64,000 nucleotides of DNA from Squalus acanthias. Taxonomy: Eukaryota. The DNA lies in NCBI GenBank assembly GCA_030390025.1, contig CM059432.1, forward strand, positions 27,530,001 to 27,594,000, read 5' to 3'. Shown here one piece after another: positions 24,206 to 36,669 of the stretch (position 1 is its first letter; each line of letters begins with the position of its first letter). A program made the position numbers and the translations under genes. The notes under the pieces were generated by a model. That model was given only the letters and a program-made list of their open reading frames with translations. It was not told where the DNA came from and made no database searches.

Positions 24206-26351
24206 GTCTGTATACTGCTCAGTTGCATACTGCTTTTGCCAACGGAGTCATTGGAGAAACTGTTAGCCTCACAGTTAACAGAAGAATAGATAGTTGGATG
24301 AGGCACTAGACACTGCTGTGGCCCAGACTGGGTCACTGGCTTCAGGAGAGGAGGGGGAGGTGGAGAGCGTTGCTCAAGTAAACAAACTTAGACAGGAGAT
24401 GTGGCAATTTCCCAGCATACTTTGCTGCTGTGTCTTTCTCTGAGTGTGTTGACTGACAGTGCTGGCAGTGACCTGGTGCCATTGAATATCGAACTTGTGC
24501 CCCAGTAAATCATTGCTGCAGACAAAGTCCAGCCTTATCATAACCTGCCAACAGTAAACTAGAAATGTCGAATATGAATGCTTCAATGGTTAGAACACAC
24601 TGAACCTGAGTGAGCACAGCCGGTTAGTACTGGTAGCCAAGCAGAAGCTGCTTTTATATTGGTTTAGTGATGTCAGTGCCTTCTGACACGTGGGCCTCTC
24701 AAAGCTAACTTGCCAAGTTCGCTAAGCCCAGCTCCTATTTTTTTGCTGGCTCTCCTCAACTAGCAGAAAAAGTAGCCAGATCACCTCTACACCCCCCCAC
24801 CCCCCCCCCCCACTCCCCGCACTGCCTCCCCCCGCCCTACTGGAGTGCTGCCGTAGCCTAAAAGGTGAGACAACAACTTATCTTAGGTGCCAGAAGGTTG
24901 CAGGCATCCTCTTCGCATCTGATCTGATGGGGCAAGCCACCTCTAACACTCAGCTTCTTTGGGCATTCTTCTTCTCTGGCCGACACTGGGCGGAATCTCC
25001 GGAAAATGACGCAGGAGCTACTATGATGGCACTCCCATGTCACGTACAATGTAAATGGTCCTGTCTGTTCTATGCCCATACCGGGGATGTCCCTGCATCA
25101 AACACAAAGGGGCCAGAGACCCAGCGTGGCCAACTAGGCTGCCATCGACCATGGAACCATATTCCTCTTTCCTTGCCTGATTGAAGGAAACCAAAGTCTC
25201 CCCATCTCCATCATCGCAGTCCTTTTTCTTGCACTTCCTAGGTGGCCAGATCCAAAGCACTATCAGAAGAGGCTTGGCAACATGTCACTACTGCCCCTTC
25301 TGAGCATAGTGCATTATTTGGTAGAAGCCAAGAAAGAGGAAAGGCAGAAAATGCCTTGAAAAGATGGAGAGAGTATTTTCCATTTGCTCTGTATGTAATT
25401 AGCCAGTGTAATCTAGGCCAGGAAGGCCCCAGCTTTGATCCCCTTTCTATGCCATGCTTGTTGATCTCAGCTAGGGCTAGAGTAGGAACAGTAGAGTTGG
25501 CCTCATTGCCCTCAGGCTAAAAAATCACTCTGGGATTTTGTTCCTGACTGCTGCTGTAATATGTCCGTGTGTATATCTGCGCATGCGGCCAGATGTCAGG
25601 ACAGCGTGAGTTACCGTCTTCAGATAGAACAGAGGAGAAAACTGGATGTACTACAAAGCAGATGGAGTCTCACCAGCAAGGACAATAACAAAAATGAGAT
25701 CTGTGGAAAATGCGAGGGCTGAAGTTAAACCCCGCCTCCTAAGGTAAAGCTCAGTGACACAAATTTGCTAAATGCTTAAAGACCAAGTGTAACTTGTTTC
25801 TTGAAGAAAAAACCTCATCGCTCCACCATTGGTGGCCGTGCCTTCAGCTGCCTAGGCCCTAAGCCCTGGAATTCCCCCCCTAAACCTTTGCATCGCTACC
25901 TATCTCCTCCGTTCAGATGCTCTTTAAAACCTACCTCTTTGATCAAGCTTTTGGACACCTGTCCTAATGTCTCCTTATGTGGCTCGGTGTCAAGTTTCAG
26001 TTAGCTAACGCTCCTGTGAAGTACCTTGGGATGTTTTACATTATTAAAGGTGCTATATAAATGCAAGTTGTTGTTGTTGATGAGAATAGTTATGTTTTTG
26101 AAGGCACAGATACCAGGTCAGCTGACCTGCGCATGGTAAAACATTCACTTTTCTATCTATGTTCTTTTCTAACAACACCACAAATAAATGATTAACTGAC
26201 ATTAACCACACCAGCAAGCAACATTAATCAGATAAAGTATCCTGAATCTCAAAAACTAAACTCAAGGTCTTGGCTGTTTCACCTTTAAACCATCTGGTTG
26301 TTTCTGTTGTTGTTTCTTAAAGATAGCGCGACAGGGTGCCAAAGGTATTTT

Positions 26352-29300
26352 TTTTATTCATTCCTGGACTGTGAGCGTCGCTGGCAAGGCCAGCATTTAT
26401 TGCGCATCCCTCATTGCCCTTGAGGTGGTGAGCCGCCTTGAACCGCTGCAGTCCGTGTGGTGAAGGTACTCCCATAGTGCTGTTAGGGAGGGAGTTCCAG
26501 GATTTTGACCCAGCGACAATGAAGGAACGGCGATATATTTCCAAGTCAGGATGGTGTGTGACTTGGAGGGGAACTTGGAGGTGGTGGTGTTCCCATGCGC
26601 CTGCTGCCCTTGTCCTTCTAGGTGGAAGAGGTCACGGGTTTGGGAGGTGCTGTCAAAGAAGCCTTGGTGAGTTGCTGCAGTGCATCTTGTAGATGGTACA
26701 TACTGCAGCCACAGTGCGCCGGTGGTGGAGGGAGTGAATGTTTAAGGTGGTGGATGGGGTGCCAATCAAGCGGGTTGTTTTGTCCTGGATGGTGTCGAGC
26801 TTTTTGAGTGTTGGAGCTGCACTCATCCAGGCACGTGAAGAGTATTCCATCGCACTCCTGACTTGTGCCTTGTAGATGGTGAAAAGGCTTTGGGGAGTCA
26901 GGAGGTAAGTCGCTCGCTGCAGAATACCCAGCCTCTGACCTATTCTTGTAGCCACAGTATTTATGTGGCTGGTCCAGTTAAGTTTTTGGTCAATGGTGAC
27001 CCCAGGACATTGATGTTGGGGGATTCGGCGATGGTAATGCCATTGAATGTCAAGGGGCGGTGGGCGCTCTCTTGTTGGAGCTAGTCATTGCTTGGCACTT
27101 GTATGGCGTGAATGTTACTTGCCACTTATCAGCCAAAGCCTGAATGTCATCCAGGTCTTGCTGCATGCGGGCGTAGACTGCTTCATTATCTGAAGAGTTG
27201 CGAATGGAACTGAACACTGTGCAATCATCAGTGAACATCCCCACTTCTGACCTTATGATGGAGGGAAGGTCATTGATGAAGCAGCTGAAGATGGTTGGGC
27301 CTAGGACACTGCCCTGAGGAACTCCTGCAGCGATGTCCTGGAGCTGAGATGATTGGCCTCCCACAGCCACAACCATCTTCCTTTAGAAACATAGGAACAG
27401 GAGTAGGCCATTCAGCCTATCGAGTCTGTGCCGCCATTCAATGAGATCATGGCTGATCTGCGATCTAACTCCATATACCTGCCTTTGACCCATATCCCTT
27501 AATACCTTTGGTTAACAAAAAGCTATCAATCTCTGATGTAAAATTAACAATTGATCCAGCATCAATTGCCGTTTGCGGAAGAGAGTTCCAAACTTCTACC
27601 TCCCTTTGTGTGTAGAAGTGTTTCCTAATTTCACTCCTGAAAGGTCTGGCTCTAATTTTTAGACTATGCCCCCTAGTCCTAGAATCCCCAACCAGCGGAA
27701 ATAGTTTCTCTCTATCTACCTTATCTGTTCCCCTTAATATCCAGAAAACTTTGATCAGATCACCCCTTAACCTTCTAAATTCTAGGGAATACAACCCTAA
27801 TTTGTGTAATCTCTCCTCATAACTTAACCCTTGAAGTCTGGGTATCATTCTGGTAAACCTACGCTGCACTCCCTCCAAGGCCAATATATCCTTCCTAAGG
27901 TGTGGTGCCCAGAACTGCTCACAGTACTCCAGGTGTGGTCTAACCAGGGTTTTGTATAGCTGCAGCATAACTGCTACCCCCTTGTACTCTAGTCCTCTAG
28001 ATATAAAGGCCAGCATTCCATTAACCTTTTTGTTTATTTTCTGTACCTGTTCATGACATTTTAATGATCCATGTACCTGGACCCCCAAGTCTCTTTGGAC
28101 CTCCACTGTTTTTAGCTTTTCACCATTTAGAAAGAACCCTGTTCTATCCTTTTTAGGTCCAAAGTGGATGACCTCATATTTGCCTACATTGAAATCCATT
28201 TGTCACAGTTTTACCCATTCACTTAATCTATCAATATCCCTTTGTAATTTTATGCTTTCATCTACACTGCCTACAATGCCGCCTATCTTTGTGTCATCGG
28301 CAAATTTAGATATATGACTTTCTATGCCATCATCTAAGTCGTTAATAAATATTGTGAATAGTGGAGGCCCCAACACAGATCCCTGCGGGACACCACTAGT
28401 CACATCCTGCCAATTTGAGTACCTGCCCATTATCCCTACTGCCTGTTCCCTGCCGCTCAGCCAATCTCCCAACCAGGTCAATAATTTTCCATCAATTCCA
28501 TGGGCTTCTGCCTCAGATAAAGTCTCTTATGTGGGACTTTATCAAATGCCTTCTGGAAGTCCATATAAGTGCTAGGTATGACACCAGCCAGTTGGGAGTC
28601 TTTCCCCTGATTTTACTAGGGCTTCTTGATGCCACACTCGGTCAAATGTTACCTTAATGTCAAGTGCAGTCACCTCGCCTCTGGAATTCAGCTCCTTTGT
28701 CTATGTTTGGACCAAGGCTGTAATGAGGTCTGAAGCCGAGTGGTCCTGGCAGAACCCAAACTGAGCATCGGTGAGCAGGTTATTGGTGAGTAAGTGCCGC
28801 TTGATAGCACTGTCAACAACACCTTCCATCACTTTGCTGATGATTGAGAGTAAACTGATGGGGTGGTAATTGGCCGGATTGGATTTGTCCTGCTTTTTGT
28901 GGACAGGACATACCTGGGCAGTTTTCCACATTGTCGGCGAGATGCCAGTGTTGTAGCTGTATTGGAACAGCTTGGCTAGAGGCGTGGCTAGTTCTGGAGC
29001 ACAAGTCTTCAACACAACAGCCGGGATATTGTCGGGGCCCATAGTCTTTGCTGTATCCAGTGCGCTCAGCCGTTTCTTGATATCACATGGAATGAATCAA
29101 ATTGGCTGAAGACTGGTGGGGACCTCTGGAGGAGGCCGAGATGGATCATCTACTCGGCATTTCTGGCTGAAGATTGTTGCAAACACACCAGCCTTGTCTT
29201 TTGCACTTGCATGCTAGGCTCTGCCATCATTGAGGATGGGGATGTTCATGGAGACTCCTCCTCCTGTCAGTTGTTTAATAGTCCACCACCATTCACGACT

Positions 29301-30713
29301 GGATGTGGCAGGACTGCAGAACTTTGATCGGATCTGTTGGTTGTGGGATCGCGTAGCTGTGTCTATAGCATGCTGCTTTTGCTGTTTAGCATGCACGTAG
29401 TCCTATGTTGCAGCTTCCCAAGGTTGGCACCTCATTTTTAGGTACACCTGGTGCTGCTCCTGGCTACACTTCTCATTGAACCAGAGTTGGTCCCCTGGCT
29501 TGATGGTAATGGTAGAATGAGGGATATGCCGGGCCATGAGGTTACAGATCGTGCTGGAATACAATTCTGCTGCTGCTGACGACCCACAGTGCCTCACAGA
29601 TGCCCAGTTTTGAGCTGCTAGATCTGTTCTGAATCTATCCTATTTAGCAATGTGGAAGTGCCACACAGCATGATGGAGGGTGTCCTCAGTGTGAAGACGG
29701 GACTTTTTCTCCACAAGGACTGTGCGGTGGTCACTGTCATGGACAGATGCATCTGCGACAGGGAGATTGGTGAGGACGAGGTCAAGTAGGTTTTTCCCTG
29801 CCTGTTGTAGGCCCACTCTGGCAGCTATGTCCTTCAGGACTCAGCCAGCTCAGTCAGTAGTGGTGCTACTGAGCCACTCTTGGTGATGGACATTGAAGTC
29901 CCCCACCCAGCGTACATTCTGTGCCCTTGCTACTCTCAGTGCTTCTTCCAAGTGATGTTCAACATGGAGGAGTACTGATTTATCAGCTAAGGGAGGGCGG
30001 TAGGTGGTAATCAGCAAGAGGTTTCCTTGCCCATGTTTGAACTGATGCCATGAGACTTCATGAGGTCCGGAGTCAATGTTGAAGTCTCCTACAGGGCCAC
30101 TTCCTCCCGACTGTATACCACTGTGCCGCCACCTCTGGGACAGTGAGACAGGACATACCCAGGGATGGTGATGGAGGAATCTAGGACATTGACTGAAAGA
30201 TATGATTCTGTTAATATGACTATGTCAGGCTGTTGCTTGACTAGTCAGCTCTCCCAATTTTGGCACAAGTCCCCAGATGTTTGTGAGGAGGACTTTGCAG
30301 GGTCGAATGGGCTGTGTGTGCTGTTGTCGTGTCCGAAGCTGGTGCCGAGGTCGATGCCGGGTGGTCCATCCGGTTTCATTCTTATTATTGTGTCATTGCG
30401 GTTTGTTACAACTGATGGGCTTGCTAGGCCATTTTAGAGGGCAGCTAAGAGTCAATCACATAGCTTTGGATCTGGAGTCACATATAGGCCAGACCGGGTA
30501 AGGACGGCAGATTTCCTTCCCTAAAGGACATTAGTGAACCAGATGGGTTTTTACCACAATCCGGTAATTCATGGTCACCATTACTGATACTAGTTTTTCA
30601 TTCCAGATTTATTTAATCAACTGAATTTAAATTCCACAGCTGCCATGGTGGAATTTGAAGTTCACGTGTCTGAATTATTAGTCCAGTAACATAACCACGA
30701 TGCTACCGTTCCC
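26352..30713 (-). mobile_element. Near full-length decayed APE-RT LINE (CR1 group), about 3.2 kb without the nested insert, with a tRNA-like 5' head
   Basis: APE start KVLLTNIWGL..QQPDIVILTES (about 30200-30296); GPDNIP..NYHPISLLS..QFGF; GVPQGSVLGP..FTDD; 3' tail near 26352. The 5' 316 bp match the SINE at 34831. Confidence 0.85.
27385..28568 (-). mobile_element. CR1/HER1-like LINE nested in the LINE above
   Basis: SGVPQGSVLGP..KFADDTK; LYKTLVRPHLEYC.QFWAP..LGLYSLEFRRLRGDLI; tail CCTATGTTTCTA. Splits the host RT between 27384 and 28569. Confidence 0.9.
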
Positions 30714-33124
30714 TCACTTGACACTGCTTATTTGTAAAGTGGCATAATCGCCTCTCTACTATCCAAAAGTCTTTCTTCTTTTGTTTGCCTTGCTGATTTT
30801 CTCCCCTCCTGTCCTGCAGACACTATTCCACGGGCACTGGTCACCCATCGGTATCTCTTGCAAGTAACCATTCTTAATATGTGAGCCTTAACAGTGTCTG
30901 TTGCCAAGCGGTTTCACTGAAGGGGAGGTGTCACAGCCAATTCCGTCCTGTCTTCACCTAACATCCACACACACACCGACACTTCCAGCTGGGGTGGGGG
31001 TTACTGGAACGTGATATGCTGATAGTGTGAGATGAATTAGAATGGGAGGTGGCTCATGTGGAAGATAAATACCAGCACTGACCAGTTGGGCCAAATGGGC
31101 TGTTTCTGTGCTGTAAATTCAATATAATTCTATGACCAGGGTGAGAAACCCCGGCTGATCTTTGCCTCTCTAGCCCATGGGCACCAAGGGGAATTTTAAG
31201 GTCTGAACCAGCATCACAGCTGTGGTCAGCATGGATTGGAATCAAAGCTAAGTTGTTTCTGGTCTGTACGGCTCAGCTACTTCCTGGATAAACATCCTTA
31301 GCCATCAGAGACGCTCAAGGTTTTAAAAAAAAATCGCAGTAGCAATTACAATAAACTTTGAAGTGACATCATTCAGTGTCTAGTAATCTTGGGGCAGTGC
31401 AGCATTGTTTTACCTCTGGAGCCTGGCTTCAAATCGAACCCTGACTAGAGGGATGTAGATTTACTCTTTCTGCTGACTTTATGTGACATGAGTTTGTTTA
31501 CAGTCAATCCAGTTCCTAGTTTGCTCAAAACTATCAATAATTGTCATTGGGAAATGGAAATGTCACACTGTTGCTGGGATGGCCACTTTTTGATATTGAG
31601 ATGAAGTTATTGTTAGGGCAAAATAGAAGGAATTTTGTCCTACCTTGGAGTATTCTACCAAGCACTGGAAATAGAGCAATAGGCTCCAAACAAGTCACGC
31701 TAACCATACTATGCCCAACCTGGGAGTGCTTGATCAGGTAATACAGATATAGCTTTACACTGCAAGTAATCCATCCTAATCATCGCTACACTTGAGTGCT
31801 TGATGAGGTTGTGTAGAGGGAGTTTTACGCTGCAAGGCCGAAAAATAAATACAAGAGTGTGCTGTATACACCAGATTTCTGGTCAACGATTTGTACAAGG
31901 TCGGGACACAGAGTTCTGTTGCCAGCAAACATGAAGAAATAATTAGAAGTTAACTTTCCTGAAAACCAGCTCCTCTAATGGTGCAGGGAGCGTAACCAGG
32001 CTGCGGGTGAGTCATCCAGAACAGGATAGTGCCAGTTCTGATTTCCTGAGCGGAGTTAACTGATCTCAGCCGGGCAGTGGTGGGAGCGCTACAAATGATT
32101 TGCAGTAAAAGACATTCGACACTCGGTACACCACTCAAATCATCTCTGTTCTCCACAACAGACATCCATACAGCCTCTGGAGTGATGTCTGATCATTTAG
32201 AAGAATTAAAACATTCCACACTTGCTAACTTCTTTTCAGGATGTTTTTTCTGCCAATTGTCTTCTCTCCCCTCTCCTGACAGTGTTGACTTATTACCAGT
32301 GAACAGCTCCATGGGCTCCACTTGCCATCCAGTACCTCCTCTAGATAGCGATTCTTCCACCGTGAGCCTAGGCAGGCAGTGTTGGCAGGCAACATAACAA
32401 TGAGGTAGGAGGAATCATAACAACAGCTTGGATTTAAATGCAGCGCCCTTTGTGTAGATAACGCACCCCATGGAACTTCACAGAGGTGTGGTTAGAAATG
32501 GATGTCGAGTCAAAAAGAGAGGTTACAAGGGGAGACTAAAGGGTAGAGCAATGAAGTGGGTTTTAAGGAGGGCCTTAAAGGAGGGGAGGGTGCTGGAGGG
32601 GCGGTAGGGTTTGGGGAGGGAGTTCCAGAGAATGGGACCTAATTGACTGAAGATACAGATGCCAAAGGCGCGGTGAAGGAGAAGGGGGCAGTGGGGATGC
32701 ACAAGATCCCAACCTCATCCCCAGCCAATTTATACATGCCCACTTTCAGCTTGATAGCGTCACTTGATAATGCTTGAACATTAGCAGTTTTGTTTCTCCT
32801 GCATAACTCAGGAGCACTGAGCTCATCCGCAGAACTGCGACCTCTGCCGAGACTGGGGAATCACACCTGGGATCTTCCTGACTCTACGGCTCAGCTCAGC
32901 TGCTCACTGAATAGACTCCCTTGGCTATTAATGGAACTTGCTGTCAGGATAATGAACTGCTAATTATTTCTTATGACGCTGGCCAAAGAACTCTGTGTTC
33001 TGACCTCAAAGTTCCCTTCAGATTGGGTTTAATTTTTATTTGTAGAAAGCTGAACTTACTGCCAGCTGCTTTGCACCAAGCTCACAAAAGTTATCAACTG
33101 GTTTTTAAAACTGCACCTTTAAAA

Positions 33125-33572
33125 AGAAAGAAAGACTTGACCTCAGGACGTCTCAAAGCGCTTTACAGCCAATGAAGTACTTTTGAAGTGTAGTCACTGT
33201 TATTTTAGTAATGTAGGAAACACAGCAGCCAATTTGCGCACAGCAAGGTCCCACAAACAGCAACGAGATAATGGCCAGATCATCTGTTTTAGGTGTTAGT
33301 TGAGGGATAAATATTGGCCAGGACACCAGGATAGGCCCCCTACTCTTGTTCAAATAGTGCCAGGGGATCTTTTACGTCCACCTGAGAGGGCAGACGAGGC
33401 CTCGGTTTAACATCTCATTCTGAAAGACGGCACCTCCAACAGTGCAGCACTCACTCAGTACTGCCCTGGAGTGTTAGCCTAGATTATGTGCTCGAGACTA
33501 TGGGGTGGGACTTGAATCCACAACTTTCTGACTCAGAGGTGAGAGTGCTACCCACTGAGCCACAGCTGACAC
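33125..33572 (-). mobile_element. Deu-domain tRNA SINE, near full length
   Basis: Head GTGTCAGCTGTGGCTCAGTGGGTAGCA..GGATTCAAGTCCC; Deu core; same family as 18552 and 54325. Confidence 0.8.
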
Positions 33573-33729
33573 TTAGATAATGCTGAGGGATTGTAGTGTT
33601 GATAGATAGAAAGAACTAGAATAGCACCTTACGATAGCAAAATACTGCAGATGCTGGAAATCCGAAATAACAACAGAAAATGCTGGAAAAACTCAGCAGG
33701 CGAGGCAGCATCCGTGGAGAGAGAAACAG

Positions 33730-33766
33730 AGTTAACGTTTCAGGTCGAAGACCTTTCGTCAGAACT
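33730..33766 (-). ncRNA. Minimal type I hammerhead ribozyme (inverted twin)
   Basis: Exact reverse complement of 33993-34029. Confidence 0.75.
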
Positions 33767-33992
33767 GGAAATAGCAGGAAATGAAATAGATTTAAGGCAA
33801 GGATAAAGCTGGGAAAAGGGGGAGGGGATGAAAGAACAAAAGGAGAGATTAAGAGACATTAAGAGATGTCTTGCCTTGAACATCTCTTAATGTCTCTTAA
33901 TGTCTCTTAATCTCTCCTTTTGTTCTTTCATCCCCTCCCCCTTTTCCCAGCTTTATCCTTGCCTTAAATCTATTTCATTTCCTGCTATTTCC

Positions 33993-34029
33993 AGTTCTGA
34001 CGAAAGGTCTTCGACCTGAAACGTTAACT
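33993..34029 (+). ncRNA. Minimal type I hammerhead ribozyme
   Basis: AGTT-CTGACGA-A-AGGTC(TTC)GACCT-GAAA-CGTT-AACT: CUGANGA and GAAA boxes, 5-bp stem II, AGTT/AACT stem I, and a palindromic AACGTT in place of stem III. Confidence 0.75.
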
Positions 34030-34830
34030 CTGTTTCTCTCTCCACGGATGCTGCCTCGCCTGCTGAGTTTTTCCAGCGTTTTCTGTTGTTATTTAGAATA
34101 GCACCTTATTGCATTCACATCCCAGGGCTCTTCACCACCAAATGGATTACTTTTGAAGTGTAGTCACTGTTATGTAGGTGAACATGGCACTTGAATTGCA
34201 CACAGCAAGGACACAGATGAATGGCCAGTATTGGTTGAGAGAGGAATGTTGGCCAGGACACCAGGAGAACTCTTTGCTCTTGCTCTTTTTCACATAGTGC
34301 CATGGGATCTTTAACATCCACTTGAACAGGCAGATAGGTTAACTCCTCATTCGAAACATGACACCTCTGACAATGTAGCACTCCCTCAGTACTCCCTAAA
34401 TTCCTTCTGTATCAATATTTATTACGTACTCATGTCCTGGACTGGGGTTTGAAGTCACAACCTTCTGACTCAAAGTAAAGTCAATGGAAATCAAAATTGG
34501 GAGAGAAATGTAAAACGGGCTGCCAATTCGTTATTGCTCGTTTTACACTATTGCGCCATCAAAATTACTCCCTTTTTGTTTAGAATATTCCCCAATCTCT
34601 GTCTTTTTCCACTCTCCTTTTCTCCTGATGACATTGGCTTTCTGGGGAACAGTTCCAGTATCTCATGACTAGGTGGCCATTCTTCAAGTGAAACAGCGAG
34701 AGTCAGTGCGCCATTCAAGCGTAGGCTGAGCATCACCTGATGCCACATTTTCTAGCAGGATCACTGGATATCAATCAGGATTTTTGTCCGATCTTACCTC
34801 CATAACTCAGGGTCGTTGAGATCAATATCT

Positions 34831-35280
34831 GGGTACAATAGTGTAGTGGTTATGTTACTGGACTAGTAATCCAGAGGCCTGAATTAATAATCCAGAGAAC
34901 GTGGGTGCAAATCCCAACATGGTAGTTGGAGAAGTTAAAATCAGTTTAAAAAAAATCTAGAAATAATTTTTTTTTAAAGTTGGTATCAGTAGAGGTGACC
35001 ACCAAGCTGTCGAATGTCATTAAAAACTCAACTGGTTCACTAATGTTGTTTAGGGTAGGAAACCTGCTATCTTTACCCGGTCTGGTCGATATGTGACTCC
35101 AGTCCCACACCAACATGGTGGACTCTTAGCTGCCCTCTGAAGTGGCCGAGCAAGCCACTCAGTTGTGTCAAACCGCCACCAGCGGTTCAAGAAGGCCCAA
35201 CACCACCTTCTCAGGGCAATTAGGGATGGGCAATAAATGCTGGCCTTGCCAGCGTCTCAAGAATGAATAATAAAAAAAAA
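34831..35280 (+). mobile_element. Bipartite tRNA-headed SINE (LINE 5' head joined to LINE 3' tail)
   Basis: A-box-like TAGTGTAGTGG and B-box-like GGTGCAAATCCC. 34831-35176 aligns to rc(30398-30713); 35180-35280 aligns to the LINE 3' end and finishes in poly(A). Confidence 0.8.
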
Positions 35281-35409
35281 GTCCTAGTGCCCCTACCACT
35301 GTCCTGGCTTTGATCAGTGAACTCAGCACAGACTGGGAATTAAACCTGGGACTTCCCTGGCTTGTTTGATTTAGCTCCTCACTTGGTAAACATCACTGAG
35401 CCAATTATA

Positions 35410-36096
35410 AAAGAGCCCCAAAGAGGGCGGCACACGCGTGGAGTCCGAGGATGTGGTCGGGCCTCATTTCCATGAATGTTCCCGGTGACCCACCCGAACC
35501 CGACCAGATCCACTACCTGGCCGATGGGCAGGAGCGGAAAGTTGGTGGCAGCAGCCCGCAGCTGGGGATCCGTGGGATCGGTCTTCGGCAGGCAACTAAG
35601 TGGAGTGGTGGAGTGGGGGGAGTGGGAGGGGTGCCTCTAGACATGATCGGGGTGAGGAGTGGCTCTGGATGCAAATGAGTGAGGGGAGCTCTAGATGCAA
35701 ATGGGAGGAGCCAGTGGAAAGGTAGGCCTAAGGTTTCCTTATGGGGCCCAGAGGAGCCCTCCTGCCCCACAAGGACACCAAAAAAAAAATAAAAGCCTTA
35801 CCTGCTTGGGCCTCTTCTGGCCCACAATTCCCCTCCCGACAGGTGTGACCTGATGGGGAAGTCAGCATTGCTCCCTTGCTCAGGCCTCCAATTCCGTTTT
35901 TTTGAACCCTGATCTGCATATTTAAACAAGGCCTCGCCAGCTTGGGCCGGGTGTCCTGCTCACCCACTCAAAAGTGCAGGTTAACATCGGGGCACGGCGG
36001 AAAGGCAGCAGGATCAGAAGGGTTAAGTCACTGCCCTCATTTTAATTGCCCCCCCTGGTTTCCGCCAGGTGGGGAGGGGAGTTAAAATCAGGGTCT
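35410..36096. mobile_element. MITE-like DNA element
   Basis: GAGGAGCCCTCCTGCCCC..CTTACCT block and terminal GAGTTAAAATCAGGGTC, related to the elements at 2955 and 12517. Confidence 0.45.
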
Positions 36097-36669
36097 CTGT
36101 CTTCAAAAGATATCGTTGAAATGATATTATCTGGAATTAAATATTTCTGAGCGAGAGCCACCATCTTTCTCTTGGTTACTGCTCAGGGAGGCTCTGGTGA
36201 CACAGGTTACGGGCCACGGTATCCGCGATGTATGAGTCAGTGCTTTGAGGAAGGAAGGGGAAAACATTCAAGGAGGGATGGAAGCTTTAGAAAATTGTTC
36301 AATAATTATGAGGTTCCTCAAAATAAAATCAAACAACCTCAGATACTACCAGGTAGTGAGGGACAAACTGATTGCAATATCCAAATAGACACAAGTTGGA
36401 CTGTATCTGATTTCATCAGTCAGAATTGTTGCCCAGCTCAGAGCATACTATGCTCTTGGACTGCCCCTTTAAAATAAAATAGCAGCTCACTTGCACAGAC
36501 ACAAAATAGCCCTCTGCATGCTAATATTTCCCCATCATTTCTCCATCAAGGCAGCTAGCAACAATGGATCTGCAATTATTTTTTTTTCACTTTATTTTGT
36601 CTGTTAATTATTAGCTTTGAACTTCTCTCATAACTAACAAAGTTTGTCCAGTAAACTGCTGAGTTGTAA

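Larger units (their letters stand above)
33632..34093. mobile_element. Non-autonomous Penelope-derived fold-back insertion
   Basis: Arms 33665-33868 and 33881-34093 are near-perfect inverted copies. Flanked by the 15-bp TSD TAGAATAGCACCTTA (33617-33631 and 34094-34108). Sequence is homologous to the 3' end of the PLE at 19861-20954. Confidence 0.88.
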
